The notes below the pieces were generated by a model, which searched no databases, had not been told where the DNA came from, and was given only the letters and a program-made list of their open reading frames with translations. Of a stretch of 64,000 nt of DNA, positions 27,578-42,500 are shown in pieces. The stretch lies in NCBI RefSeq assembly GCF_009914755.1, contig NC_060940.1; one strand, 5' to 3'. The stretch comes from the human T2T-CHM13v2.0 reference genome, Homo sapiens. Position numbers and translations under genes: made by a program. How positions within the stretch are numbered: position 1 is the first letter of the stretch; every line of letters starts with the position of its first letter.

Positions 27578-30500
27578 GTTTCCACTTGATTCCATTCGAA
27601 CATGATTGCCTTTGATTCCATTCAATGATTCCATACGGTTCCATTTGATGATGATTCCATTCGAGTGCATTAGATGATTCCATTCGAGTCCATTCGATGA
27701 TTCCATTCGATTCCATTCGATGTTGATTCTGTTCAAATCCATTCGATGATTCCACTCGATTCCATTCGATGACTCCATTTGATCCCATTCGATGATTTCC
27801 TTTGATTCCCTTTGATGATCATTCCATTTGATTCAATTCGGTGATTTCATTTGATTCCATTCAGTGATGTTTCCATTCAACTCCTTTCGATGATGATTCC
27901 ATTCGACTCCATTCGATTATGATTTCATTCAATTCCATTCGATAATGATTCCCTTCAAGTCCATTCGATGATTCCATTCGATTCCATTCAACGATGATTT
28001 GATTCGTGTCCATTCGATGATTCCATTTGATTCCATTTGATGATGATTCCATTCGAGTCCCTTTGATGATTCCATTCAATTCCATTCTCCGATGATTTCT
28101 TTTGAGCCCATTCAATGCTTCCACTCGATTCCATATGATGATGACTCCATTTGATGAAATTCCATGATGATTCCATTCGCTTGCATTCGATGATGATTCC
28201 ACTTGAGTCCGTTAGAAGATTCTATTCAATTACATTCCATGACGATTCTGTTCGAGTCCATTTGATGATTCCATTAGACTCCATTTGACGATGATTCCAT
28301 TCGATGTTATTCGATGATGCTTCCATTCAACTCCATTCGATGTTTCCATTGGAGTTCATTCTATTATTCCATTAGATTCCATTCGATGATGATTCCATTC
28401 GATTCCATTTGATGATTGCATTCTGTTTCATTTGATGATGATTCCATTCGAGTCCATTCGATGATTCCATTCGAGTCCATTTAATGAATCCATTGGTTTC
28501 AATTCTATGATGATTACATTGGATTCCATTCGTTGATGATTTCATTCGATTCCATTCAATGATGATTCCATTCAATTCCATTCAATGATTCCATTCAATT
28601 CCATACGATGATGATTCCATTTGATTTGATTCGACAGTGAGCCATTCGATTCAATTCCATGATGATTCTATTTGATTCAATTGGTTGACATTTCCATTCG
28701 ATTCCATTCGATGATGATTCCATTTGATTCCATTCAAAGATGATTCCATTCTAGCCCATTCAATCATTCCATTCGATTCTATTCAATGATGATTCCATTC
28801 ATGTCGATTTGGTGATTCCATTTGACTTCATTTGATGATGATTCCTTTCAAGTTCATTAGATGATTCCATTCGATTCCATTTGATGATGATCCCATTCCA
28901 GTCCATTCAGTGATTCCACTCGTTTCCATTCCATGATGATTCCATTCCATTCCATTCAATGACTCCATTCGATTCCGTTTGATGATGATTTCATTCGAGT
29001 CCATTTGATGATTCCATTTGATTCCATTCGATGATGATTACATTCGAGTCCATACGATGATTCCACTCAATTCCATATGATGATGATTCCATTCGATTCC
29101 ATTCGATGATTCCATTCTATTCTATTCAATGGTGATTCCATTCGAGTACATTAGATGATTCCATTCGATTCCATTCAATGATGATTCTATTTGTGTCCCT
29201 TAGATGGTTCCACATGATTCCATTTCATGATGATACTATTTGAGCCCATCCAATGATTCCCTTCGTATCCATTCGATGAGGATTCCATTCGATTCAATTC
29301 ATTGGTGATTCTATTCAATTCAATTCTTTGATTCCATTCCATTCCATTCGACAATGATTCCATTCGATTTCTTTCGATGATTCCACTCGATTCCACTTGA
29401 CATTGATTCCATTCGATTCCATTCAATGATTCCGTTTGATTCCAGTGGATGATGATTGCCATCGATTCCATTCGATCACTCCATTCTATTCCATTTGATG
29501 ATGATTACATTCGATTCCATTTGATGATTCCATCTGATTCTATTCGAGGATTCCATTTGATTCCATTCGATGATGATTCCATTCGAGTGCATTCGATGAT
29601 TTCATTCGAGTACATCCAATGATTCCATTCGAGTCCATTTGATGATTCCATTTAATTCCATTTGATTATGATTCTACTAGAGTCCATTCAATGACTCCAT
29701 TCGAATCCATTCAACAATTCCATTCGAGGCCATTCGATGATTCCATTTCATGATTCCATTCGAGTCCATTTAATCATTACAGTCGAGTCCATTTGGTGAT
29801 TCCACTGGATTTCTTTTGATAATGATACCATTCAATTACATTTGATGATGATCCCATTCAATTTCATTTGATGGTGATTCCATTAGAGTCCATTCGATGA
29901 TTTCATTCGAGTCCCTTCATTGATTCCATCCGATTTCATTTGATGATGACTCCATTCGAGTCCATTCGATGATTCCACTCGATTCCATCAGATGGTTCCA
30001 TTGGAGTCCATTTGATTGTTCCATTCGATTCTATTCGATTCCTTTCGAAGATTATTCCATTTGAGTCCATTCGATGATGATTCCATTCCATTCCATTCGA
30101 TGATTCCGTTTGATTCCATTCGATGATTCCCTTCGATTCCTTTCTTTGATGATTCCATTCCATTCCATTCAATGATTCCATTCGAATCTATTCCATGATG
30201 ATTCCTTTCGATTCCATTCGCTGATGTTTCCGTTCAATTCCATTCGATGATGATTCCATTCGATTCCATTCATTGAGGATTCCATTTGATTCCATTCAAT
30301 GATGATTCCGTTCTATTCCATTCAATGATTGCATTCAATTCCATTCAATGATTATCCCCTTAGAGTAAACTCAACGATTCCATTCAATACCATTCGATGA
30401 TGATTCCTTTTGAGTCCATTCAATGATTTCATTCAAGTCCATTTGATGATTCCTTTCAATTCCATTCTATGATGATTCCATTCGAGTCCATTCGATGATT

Positions 30501-33500
30501 CCATTCGATTGCATTCGATGATTCCATTATATTCCATTCAACAATGATTCCATTCGAGTCCATTCGATGATTCCATTAGAGTACATTTAATGATTGCTTT
30601 GTTTTCAATTCGAAGATGATTACATTGGATTCCATTCTATGATACCATTCGATTCCATTCAATGATGATTCCACTCAAATCCATTGGATGATTCCATTCG
30701 TGTCCATTCGGTGATTTCATTAGATTCCATTCGAGGATGATTCCATTCGATTCCATTCGATGATTCCATTCAATTCCATTCGATGATGATTTCATTCCAG
30801 TCCATATGATCATTCCATTTGATTTCATTCGATGGATGATTCCATTCGATTCCATTCGATGATTCCATTCTATTCCATTCGATGATGATTCCATTCGAGT
30901 CCATTCGATGATTCCATTCGAGTCCATTTAATGATTCCATTGGGTTCAATTCAATGATGATTACATTGGATTCCGTTCTATGATTCCATTCAATTCCGTT
31001 CATTGACAATTTGATTCCATTCGATGATGATTCCATTTGAGTTCATTCGATGATTCTATTCGATTCTCTTCGATGGTGATTCAATTCTATTATATTGGAT
31101 GATTCCATTCGATTCCATTTGATGTTTATTCAATTCGATTCTATTCGATGATGATTCCATTGGATTTCACTTGATGATTCTATTCGATTCCATTCAATGA
31201 TGATTCACTTCTCGTCCATTGGATGATTCCATTTCATTCCATTCGATGATGATTCCATTCGATTCCATTCGATGATTCCATTTGATTCCATGCGTCGGTG
31301 AGCAATTCGATTCAATTCCATGATGATTCTATTTGATTCAATTAGATGATGTTTCCATTCGAATCCATTCCATGATTATTCCATTGGAATCCATTCGGCG
31401 ATGATTCCATATGAGTCAATTCAATGATGATTCCATATGGGTCCGTTTGATGATAATTCCATTTGATTTCATTTGGTGCTTCTATTCAATTCCAGTCGAT
31501 GATGATTCCGCTGGAGTCCATACGATGATTCCATTTGATTTCATTTGATGATGATTCCATTCGATGATGATTACATTGGATTCCATTCTATGATTCCATT
31601 CAATTCCATTCGTTGATGATTCGATTCCATTCAATGATGATTCCATTTGAGTTCATTCGATGATTCTATTCGATTCCGTTCGATGGTGATTCAATTCTCT
31701 TATATTGGATGAATCCACTCGATTCCATTTGATGATTATTCCATTGGAGTCCACTTAGTGAATCCTTCAGATTCTACTCGAAGATGATTCCATTCCAGTC
31801 CATTCGATGATACCATTCAATTCCATTCGTTGATGCTTCCATTCAAGTGCATTCGATGATATCATTCGATTCCATTTGATGATAATTCCATTTGATTCCA
31901 TGCGATGATTCTATTCGATTCCATTCAATGATAATTCCATTCAGTTCAGTGATTCCTCTGGATTCCATTTGATGATGATTCCATTCAATGATTCCATTCG
32001 ATTCTATTCGAAAATGTTTCCATTTGAATCCATTTGATGATGATTCCATTAGATTCCATTTGATGATTCCATTCGATTCCATGCGACGATGATTCCATTC
32101 GATTCCATTTGATGATTCCATTCTATTCTATTCGATGATGATTCCATTCGATTCCATTCGATGATGATTGGATTTGATTCCATTTGATGATTTCATTTGA
32201 TTCCATTCGTTAATGATTTCGATCAATTCCATTCGATGATTCCATTCGATTCCATTCGATGATGATTGGATTTGATTCCATTTGATGATTTCATTTGATT
32301 CCATTCGTTAATGATTTTGATCAATTCCATTCGATGATTCCATTCGATTCCATTCGATAATGATTACATCCGAGTCCATTCGATGATTCCATTTGAGCCT
32401 GTTCGATAATTCCTTTTGAGTCCAACCAATGATTCCATTCATTTCCATTCAATGATTCCATTCGAGTCCATTTGATCATTCCAGTAGGGTCCATTCGATG
32501 TTGATTCCATTGGAGTGCATTCGATGATTCCATTCGAGTCCATTTTAGGATTTGATTCGAGTCCTTTCGATGATTCCATTCGATTCCACTCGATGATGAT
32601 TTCATTCGAGTCCATTCGACACTTCCAATCGATTCCATTTGATGTTTCCATTCGAGTCCAATTGATGATTCCATTCAATTCCATTCGATGATGATTCCGT
32701 ACGATTCCATTCTGTGATGATTCCATGTGATTGCATTCAATGATGATTCCTTTAGATTGCATTCGATTGTGATTCATTTCGTCTTCATTCTATGGTTCCA
32801 CAGGTTTCCATTCGTGTCCATTCCATTATTCCATTCTATTCCATTTGATGATGATTCCATTCGATTCCATTCATTGGTGATTCCACTCAATTCCATTCAA
32901 TGATTCCATTCCATTTCTTTCAACAATGATTCCATTAGTTTCTATTCGGTGATCCACTTGATTCCATTTGACGACGATTCCATTCGTGTCCATTCGATGA
33001 TTCCATTTGATTCCATATGATGATGATTCCATTCGATTCCATACGATGATGATTCCATTCGAGTCCATTCAATGGTGATTCCATTCAATTCCATTCGATG
33101 ATTCCTTTCGATTCCATTCGATGATGATGGCATTCGATTCCTTTCAATCATTCCCTTTGATTCCATTCAAAGGTGATTTCATTCAAGTCCATTCGATAAT
33201 TGCATTCGATTCCATTCTATGATGATTCCATTCGAGTCCATTTGATGATTCCATTCAATTCAAGTCAATGATGATTCCATTCGATTCCATTCGATGATTC
33301 CATTGGATTCCATTCGATGATGATTCCATTCAAATCCATTCGATAATTCAATTCAAGTCCATTCGATGATGATTAAAATCGAATCCATTCAAAGATTCCA
33401 TTCAGTTCCATTCGATGATTCCCTTAGATTCCATTCGATGATTCCACTTGATTTCATTTACGATGATTCCATTCGATTCCATGTGATGATTCCATTCAAT

Positions 33501-33513
33501 TCTATTCAATGCT
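27578..33513 (+). repeat. Unit U6 (5,936 bp = 6,112 - 72 - 23 - 170 - 10 + 1 + 98)
   Basis: Landmark ORFs 27566 and 33502; the indels seen near 27650, 28310, 29030, 29740, 30834 and 32161 sum exactly to the observed length. Confidence 0.86.
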
Positions 33514-36500
33514 GTTTCCATTTCTTTCCATTCGACCATGATTGCCTTTGATTCCATTCAATGACTCCATTCGGTTCCTTTTGATGATGATTCCGTTCGA
33601 TTCCATTTCATTATTCCATTTGATTCCATTGGATGAGTCCATTCGATTACATTCGATGATTATTCCATTCGAGTGCATTAGATGATTCCATTCGAGTCCA
33701 TTCGATGATTCCATTCGATTCCATTCGATGTTGATTCTGTTCAAATCCATTCGATGATTCCACTCGATTCCATTCGATGACTCCAGTTGATCCCATTCGA
33801 TGATTTCCTTTGATTCCCTTTGATGATCATTCCATTTGATTCAATTCGGTGATTTCATTTGATTCCATTCAGTGATGTTTCCATTCGACTCCATTCGATG
33901 ATGATTCCATTCGACTCCATTCGATGATGATTCCATTCGACTCCATTCGATTATGATTTCATTCAATTCCATTCGATAATGATTCCCTTCGAGTCCATTC
34001 GATGATTCCATTCGATTCCATTCAACGATGATTTGATTCGTGTCCATTCGATGATTCCATTTGATTCCACTTGATGATGATTCCATTCGAGTCCATTTGA
34101 TGATTCCATTCAATTCCATTCTCCGATGATTTCTTTTGAGCCCACTCAATGCTTCCACTCGATTCCATATGATGATGACTCCATTCGATGAAATTCGATG
34201 ATGATTCCATTCGCTTGCATTCGATGATGATTCCACTTGAGTCCATTAGAAGATTCTATTCAATTACATTCCATGACGATTCCGTTCGAGTCCATTTGAT
34301 GATTCCATTAGACTCCATTCGACGATGATTCCATTCGATGTTATTCGATGATTCCATTCGATCTCATTCGATGATGATTCCATTCAACTCCATTCGATGT
34401 TTCCATTCGAGTTCATTCTATTATTCCATTAGATTCCATTCGATGATGATTCCATTCGATTCCATTTGATGATTGCATTCTATTTCATTTGATGATGATT
34501 CCATTCGAGTCCACTCGATGATTCCATTCGAGTCCATTTAATGAATCCATTGGTTTCAATTCTATGATGATTATATTGGATTCCATTCGTTGATGATTTC
34601 ATTCGGTTCCATTCAATGATGATTCCATTCAATTCCTTTCAATGTTTCCATTCAATTCCATACGATGATGATTCCATTTGATTTGATTCGACAGTGAGCC
34701 ATTCGATTCAATTCCATGATGATTCTATTTGATTCCATTGGTTGACATTTCCATTCGATTCCATTCGATGATGATTCCCTTTGATTCCATTCAAAGATGA
34801 TTCCATTCTAGCCCATTCAATCATTCCATTCGATTCTATTCAATGATGATTCCATTCATGTCGATTTGGTGATTCCATTTGACTTCATTTGATGATGATT
34901 CCTTTCAAGTTCATTAGATGATTCCATTCGATTCCATTTGATGATGATCCCATTCGAGTCCATTCAGTGATTCCACTCGTTTCCATTCCATGATGATTCC
35001 ATTCCATTCCATTCAATGATTCCATTCGATTCCGTTTGATGATGATTTCATTCGAGTCCATTTGATGATTCCATTTGATTCCATTCGATGATGATTCCAT
35101 TCGAGTCCATTCGATGATTCTATTCGAATCCATTTGATGATTTCTTTTGATTATATTTGGTGATGATTCCATTGGAGTCCATTCAATGATTCCATTCGAT
35201 TCCAATCGATGGTGATTCCATTAGAGTCCATTTAATGATTCCATTTGATTCCAGTCTCTGATGATTACATTCGAGTCCATACGATGATTCCACTCAATTC
35301 CATATCATGATGATTCCATTCGATTCCATTCGATGATTCCATTCTATTCTATTCAATGGTGATTCCATTCGAGTACATTAGATGATTCCATTCGATTCCA
35401 TTCAATGATGATTCTATTTGTGTCCCTTAGATGATTCCACATGATTCCATTAGATGATGATACTATTTGAGCCCATCCAATGATTCCCTTCGATTCCATT
35501 CGATGAGGATTCCATTCGATTCAATTCATTGGTGATTCTATTCAATTCAATTCTTTGATTCCATTCCATTCCATTCGACAATGATTCCATTCGATTTCTT
35601 TCGATGATTCCACTCGATTCCACTTGACATTGATTCCCTTCGATTCCATTCAATGATTCCATTTGATTCCAGTGGATGATGATTGCCATCGATTCCATTT
35701 GATCACTCCATTCTATTCCACTTGATGATGATTACATTCGATTCCATTTGACGATTCCATCTGATTCTATTCGAGGATTCCATTTGATTCCATTCGATGA
35801 TGATTCCATTCGAGTCCATTCGATGATATCATTCGAGTACATCCAATGATTCCATTCGAGTCCATTTGATGATTCCATTTGATTCCATTTGATAATGATT
35901 CTACTAGAGTCCATTCAATGACTCCATTGGAGTCCATTCAACAATTCCATTCGACTCCATTTGATGATTCCATTGGATTCCATTTGATGATTCCATTCGA
36001 GTCCATTTAATCATTACAGTCGAGTCCATTTGGTGATTCCACCGGCTTTCTTTTGATAATGATACCATTCAATTACATTTGATGATGATCCCATTCAATT
36101 TCATTTGATGATGATTCCATTAGAGTCCATTCGATGATTTCATTCGAGTCCCTTCATTGATTCCATCCGATTTCATTGGATGATGACTCCATTCGAGTCC
36201 ATTCGATGATTCCACTCGATTCCATTAGATGATTCCATTGGAGTCCATTTGATTGTTCCATTCGATTCCATTCGATTCCTTTCGAAGATTATTCCATTTG
36301 AGTCCATTCGATGATGATTCCATTCCATTCCATTCGATGATTCCGTTTGATTCCATTCGATGATTCCCTTCCATTCCTTTCTTTGATGATTCCATTCCAT
36401 TCCATTCAATGATTCCATTCGAATCTATTCCATGATGATTCCTTTCGATTCCATTCGCTGATGTTTCCGTTCAATTCCATTCGATGATGATTCCATTCGA

Positions 36501-39500
36501 TTCCATTCATTGAGGATTCCATTTGATTCCATTCAATGATGATTCCGTTCTATTCCATTCAATGATTGCATTCAATTCCATTCAGTGATTATCCCCTTAG
36601 AGTAAACTCAACGATTCCATTCAATACCATTCGATGATGATTCCTTTTGAGTCCATTCAATGATTTCATTCAAGTCCATTTGATGATTCCTTTCAATTCC
36701 ATTCTATGATGATTCCATTCGAGTCCATTCGATGATTCCATTCGATTGCATTCGATTATTCCATTATATTCCAGTCAACGATGATTCCATTCGAGTCCAT
36801 TCGATGATTCCATTAGAGTACATTTAATGATTGCTTTGTTTTCAATTCGAAGATGATTACATTGGATTCCATTCTATGATACCATTCGATTCCATTCAAT
36901 GATGATTCCACTCAAATCCATTGGATGATTCCATTCGTGTCCATTCGGTGATTTCATTAGATTCCATTCGAGGATGATTCCATTCGATTCCATTCGATGA
37001 TTCCATTCAATTCCATTCGAGGATGATTCCATTCCAGTCCATATGATCATTCCATTTGATTTCATTCGATGATGATTCCATTCGATTCCATTCGATGATT
37101 CCATTCTATTCCATTCGATGATGATTCCATTCGAGTCCATTCGATGATTCCATTCGAGTCCATTTAATGATTCCATTGGGTTCAATTCAATGATGATTAC
37201 ATTGGATTCCGTTCTATGATTCCATTCAATTCCGTTCATTGACAATTTGATTCCATTCGATGATGATTCCATTTGAGTTCATTCGATGATTCTATTCGAT
37301 TCTCTTCGATGGTGATTCAATTCTATTATATTGGATGATTCCATTCGATTCCATTTGATGTTGATTCAATTCGATTCTATTCGATGATGATTCCATTGGA
37401 TTTCACTTGATGATTCTATTCGATTCCATTCAATGATGATTCACTTCTCGTCCATTGGATGATTCCATTTCATTCCATTCGATGATGATTCCATTCGATT
37501 CCATTCGATGATTCCATTTGATTCCATGCGTCGGTGAGCAATTCGATTCAATTCCATGATGATTCTATTTGATTCAATTAGATGATGTTTCCATTCGAAT
37601 CCATTCCATGATTATTCCATTGGAATCCATTCGGCGATGATTCCATATGAGTCAATTCAATGATGATTCCATATGGGTCCGTTCGATGATAATTCCATTT
37701 GATTTCATTCGGTGCTTCTATTCAATTCCAGTCGATGATGATTCCGTTGGAGTCCATACGATGATTCCATTTGATTTCATTTGATGATGATTCCATTCGA
37801 TGATGATTACATTGGATTCCATTCTATGATTCCATTCAATTCCATTCGTTGATGATTCGATTCCATTCAATGATGATTCCTTTTGAGTTCATTCGATGAT
37901 TCTATTCGATTCCGTTCGATGGTGATTCAATTCTCTTATATTGGATGAATCCACTCGATTCCATTTGATGATTATTCCATTGGAGTCCACTTAGTGAATC
38001 CTTCAGATTCTACTCGAAGATGATTCCATTCAAGTCCATTCGATGATACCATTCAATTCCATTCGTTGATGCTTCCATTCAAGTGCATTCGATGATATCA
38101 TTCGATTCCATTTGATGATAATTCCATTTGATTCCATGCGATGATTCTATTCGATTCCATTCAATGATAATTCCATTCAGTTCAGTGATTCCTCTGGACT
38201 CCATTTGATGATGATTCCATTCAATGATTCCATTCGATTCTATTCGAAAATGATTCCATTTGAATCCATTTGATGATGATTCCATTAGATTCCATTTGAT
38301 GATTCCATTCGATTCCATGTGACGATGATTCCATTCGATTCCATGTGATGATTCCATTCTATTCTATTCGATGATGATTCCATTCGATTCCATTCGATGA
38401 TGATTGGATTCGATTCCATTTGATGATTTCATTTGATTCCATTCGTTAATGATTTCGATCAATTCCATTCGATGATTCCATTCGATTCCATTCGATAATG
38501 ATTACATCCGTGTCCATTCAGTGATTCCATTTGAGCCTGTTCGATAATTCCATTTGAGTCCAACCAATGATTCCATTCATTTCCCTTCCATGATTCCATT
38601 CGAGTCCATTTGATCATTCCGGTAGGGTCCATTCGATGTTGATTCCATTGGAGTGCATTCGATGATTCCATTCGAGTCCATTTTATGATTTGATTCGAGT
38701 TCTTTCAATGATTCCATTCGATTCCACTCGATGATGATTTCATTCGAGTCCATTCGACACTTCCAATCGATTCCATTTGATGTTTCCATTCGAGTCCAAT
38801 TGATGATTCCATTCAATTCCATTCGATGATGATTCCGTACGATTCCATTCTGTGATGATTCCATGTGATTGCATTCAATGATGATTCCTTTAGATTGCAT
38901 TCGATTGTGATTCATTTCGTCTTCATTCTATGGTTCCACAGGTTTCCATTCGTGTCCATTCCATTATTCCATTCTATTCCATTTGATGATGATTCCATTC
39001 GATTCCATTCATTGGTGATTCCACTCAATTCCATTCAATGATTCCATTCCATTTCTTTCAACAATGATTCCATTAGTTTCTAATCGATGATCCACTTGAT
39101 TCCATTTGACGACGATTCCATTCTTGTCCATTCGATGATTCCATTTGATTCCATATGATGATGATTCCATTCGATTCCATACGATGATGATTCCATTCGA
39201 GTCCATTCAATGGTGATTCCATTCAATTCCATTCGATGATTCCTTTCGATTCCATTCGATGATGATGGCATTCGATTCCTTTCAATCATTCCCTTTGATT
39301 CCATTCAAAGGTGATTTCATTCAAGTCCATTCGATAATTGCATTCGATTCCATTCTATGATGATTCCATTCGAGTCCATTTGATGATTCCATTCAATTCA
39401 AGTCAATGATGATTCCATTCGATTCCATTCGATGATTCCATTGGATTCCATTCGATGATGATTCCATTCAAATCCATTCGATAATTCAATTCAAGTCCAT

Positions 39501-42500
39501 TCGATGATGATTAAAATCGAATCCATTCAAAGATTCCATTCAGTTCCATTCGATGATTCCCTTAGATTCCATTCGATGATTCCACTTGATTTCATTTACG
39601 ATGATTCCATTCGATTCCATGTGATGATTCCATTCAATTCTATTCAATGCTGTTTCCATTTCTTTCCATTCGACCATGATTGCCTTTGATTCCATTCAAT
39701 GACTCCATTCGGTTCCTTTTGATGATGATTCCGTTCGATTCCATTTCATTATTCCATTTGATTCCATTGGATGAGTCCATTCGATTACATTCGATGATTA
39801 TTCCATTCGAGTGCATTAGATGATTCCATTCGAGTCCATTCGATGATTCCATTCGATTCCATTCGATGTTGATTCTGTTCAAATCCATTCGATGATTCCA
39901 CTCGATTCCATTCGATGACTCCAGTTGATCCCATTCGATGATTTCCTTTGATTCCCTTTGATGATCATTTCGTTTGATTCAATTCGGTGATTTCATTTGA
40001 TTCCATTCAGTGATGTTTCCATTCGACTCCATTCGATCATGATTCCATTCGACTCCATTCGATGATGATTCCATTCGACTCCATTCGATTATGATTTCAT
40101 TCAATTCCATTCGATAATGATTCCCTTCGAGTCCATTCGATGATTCCATTCGATTCCATTCAACGATGATTTGATTCGTGTCCATTCGATGATTCCATTT
40201 GATTCCACTTGATGATGATTCCATTCGAGTCCATTTGATGATTCCATTCAATTCCATTCTCCGATGATTTCTTTTGAGCCCACTCAATGCTTCCACTCGA
40301 TTCCATATGATGATGACTCCATTCGATGAAATTCGATGATGATTCCATTCGCTTGCATTCGATGATGATTCCACTTGAGTCCATTAGAAGATTCTATTCA
40401 ATTACATTCCATGACGATTCCGTTCGAGTCCATTTGATGATTCCATTAGACTCCATTCGACGATGATTCCATTCGATGTTATTCGATGATTCCATTCGAT
40501 CTCATTCGATGATGATTCCATTCAACTCCATTCCATGTTTCCATTCGAGTTCATTCTATTATTCCATTAGATTCCATTCGATGATGATTCCATTCGATTC
40601 CATTTGATGATTGCATTCTATTTCATTTGATGATGATTCCATTCGAGTCCACTCGATGATTCCATTCGAGTCCATTTAATGAATCCATTGGTTTCAATTC
40701 TATGATGATTACATTGGATTCCATTCGTTGATGATTTCATTCGGTTCCATTCAATGATGATTCCATTCAATTCCTTTCAATGTTTCCATTCAATTCCATA
40801 CGATGATGATTCCATTTGATTTGATTCGACAGTGAGCCATTCGATTCAATTCCATGATGATTCTATTTGATTCCATTGGTTGACATTTCCATTCGATTCC
40901 ATTCGATGATGATTCCCTTTGATTCCATTCAAAGATGATTCCATTCTAGCCCATTCAATCATTCCATTCGATTCTATTCAATGATGATTCCATTCATGTC
41001 GATTTGGTGATTCCATTTGACTTCATTTGATGATGATTCCTTTCAAGTTCATTAGATGATTCCATTCGATTCCATTTGATGATGATCCCATTCGAGTCCA
41101 TTCAGTGATTCCACTCGTTTCCATTCCATGATGATTCCATTCCATTCCATTCAATGATTCCATTCGATTCCGTTTGATGATGATTTCATTCGAGTCCATT
41201 TGATGATTCCATTTGATTCCATTCGATGATGATTCCATTCGAGTCCATTCGATGATTCTATTCGAATCCATTTGATGATATCTTTTGATTATATTTGGTG
41301 ATGATTCCATTGGAGTCCATTCAATGATTCCATTCGATTCCAATCGATGGTGATTCCATTAGAGTCCATTTAATGATTCCATTTGATTCCAGTCTCTGAT
41401 GATTACATTCGAGTCCATACGATGATTCCACTCAATTCCATATCATGATGATTCCATTCGATTCCATTCGATGATTCCATTCTATTCTATTCAATGGTGA
41501 TTCCATTCGAGTACATTAGATGATTCCATTCGATTCCATTCAGTGATGATTCTATTTGTGTCCCTTAGATGATTCCACATGATTCCATTAGATGATGATA
41601 CTATTTGAGCCCATCCAATGATTCCCTTCGATTCCATTCGATGAGGATTCCATTCGATTCAATTCATTGGTGATTCTATTCAATTCAATTCTTTGATTCC
41701 ATTCCATTCCATTCGACAATGATTCCATTCGATTTCTTTCGATGATTCCACTCGATTCCACTTGACATTGATTCCCTTCGATTCCATTCAATGATTCCAT
41801 TTGATTCCAGTGGATGATGATTGCCATCGATTCCATTTGATCACTCCATTCTATTCCACTTGATGATGATTACATTCGATTCCATTTGACGATTCCATCT
41901 GATTCTATTCGAGGATTCCATTTGATTCCATTCGATGATGATTCCATTCGAGTCCATTCGATGATATCATTCGAGTACATCCAATGATTCCATTCGAGTC
42001 CATTTGATGATTCCATTTGATTCCATTTGATAATGATTCTACTAGAGTCCATTCAATGACTCCATTGGAGTCCATTCAACAATTCCATTCGACTCCATTT
42101 GATGATTCCATTGGATTCCATTTGATGATTCCATTCGAGTCCATTAAATCATTACAGTCGAGTCCATTTAGTGATTCCACCGGCTTTCTTTTGATAATGA
42201 TACCATTCAATTACATTTGATGATGATCCCATTCAATTTCATTTGATGATGATTCCATTAGAGTCCATTCGATGATTTCATTCGAGTCCCTTCATTGATT
42301 CCATCCGATTTCATTGGATGATGACTCCATTCGAGTCCATTCGATGATTCCACTCGATAACATTAGATGATTCCATTGGAGTCCATTTGATTGTTCCATT
42401 CGATTCCATTCGATTCCTTTCGAAGATTATTCCATTTGAGTCCATTCGATGATGATTCCATTCCATTCCATTCGATGATTCCGTTTGATTCCATTCGATG

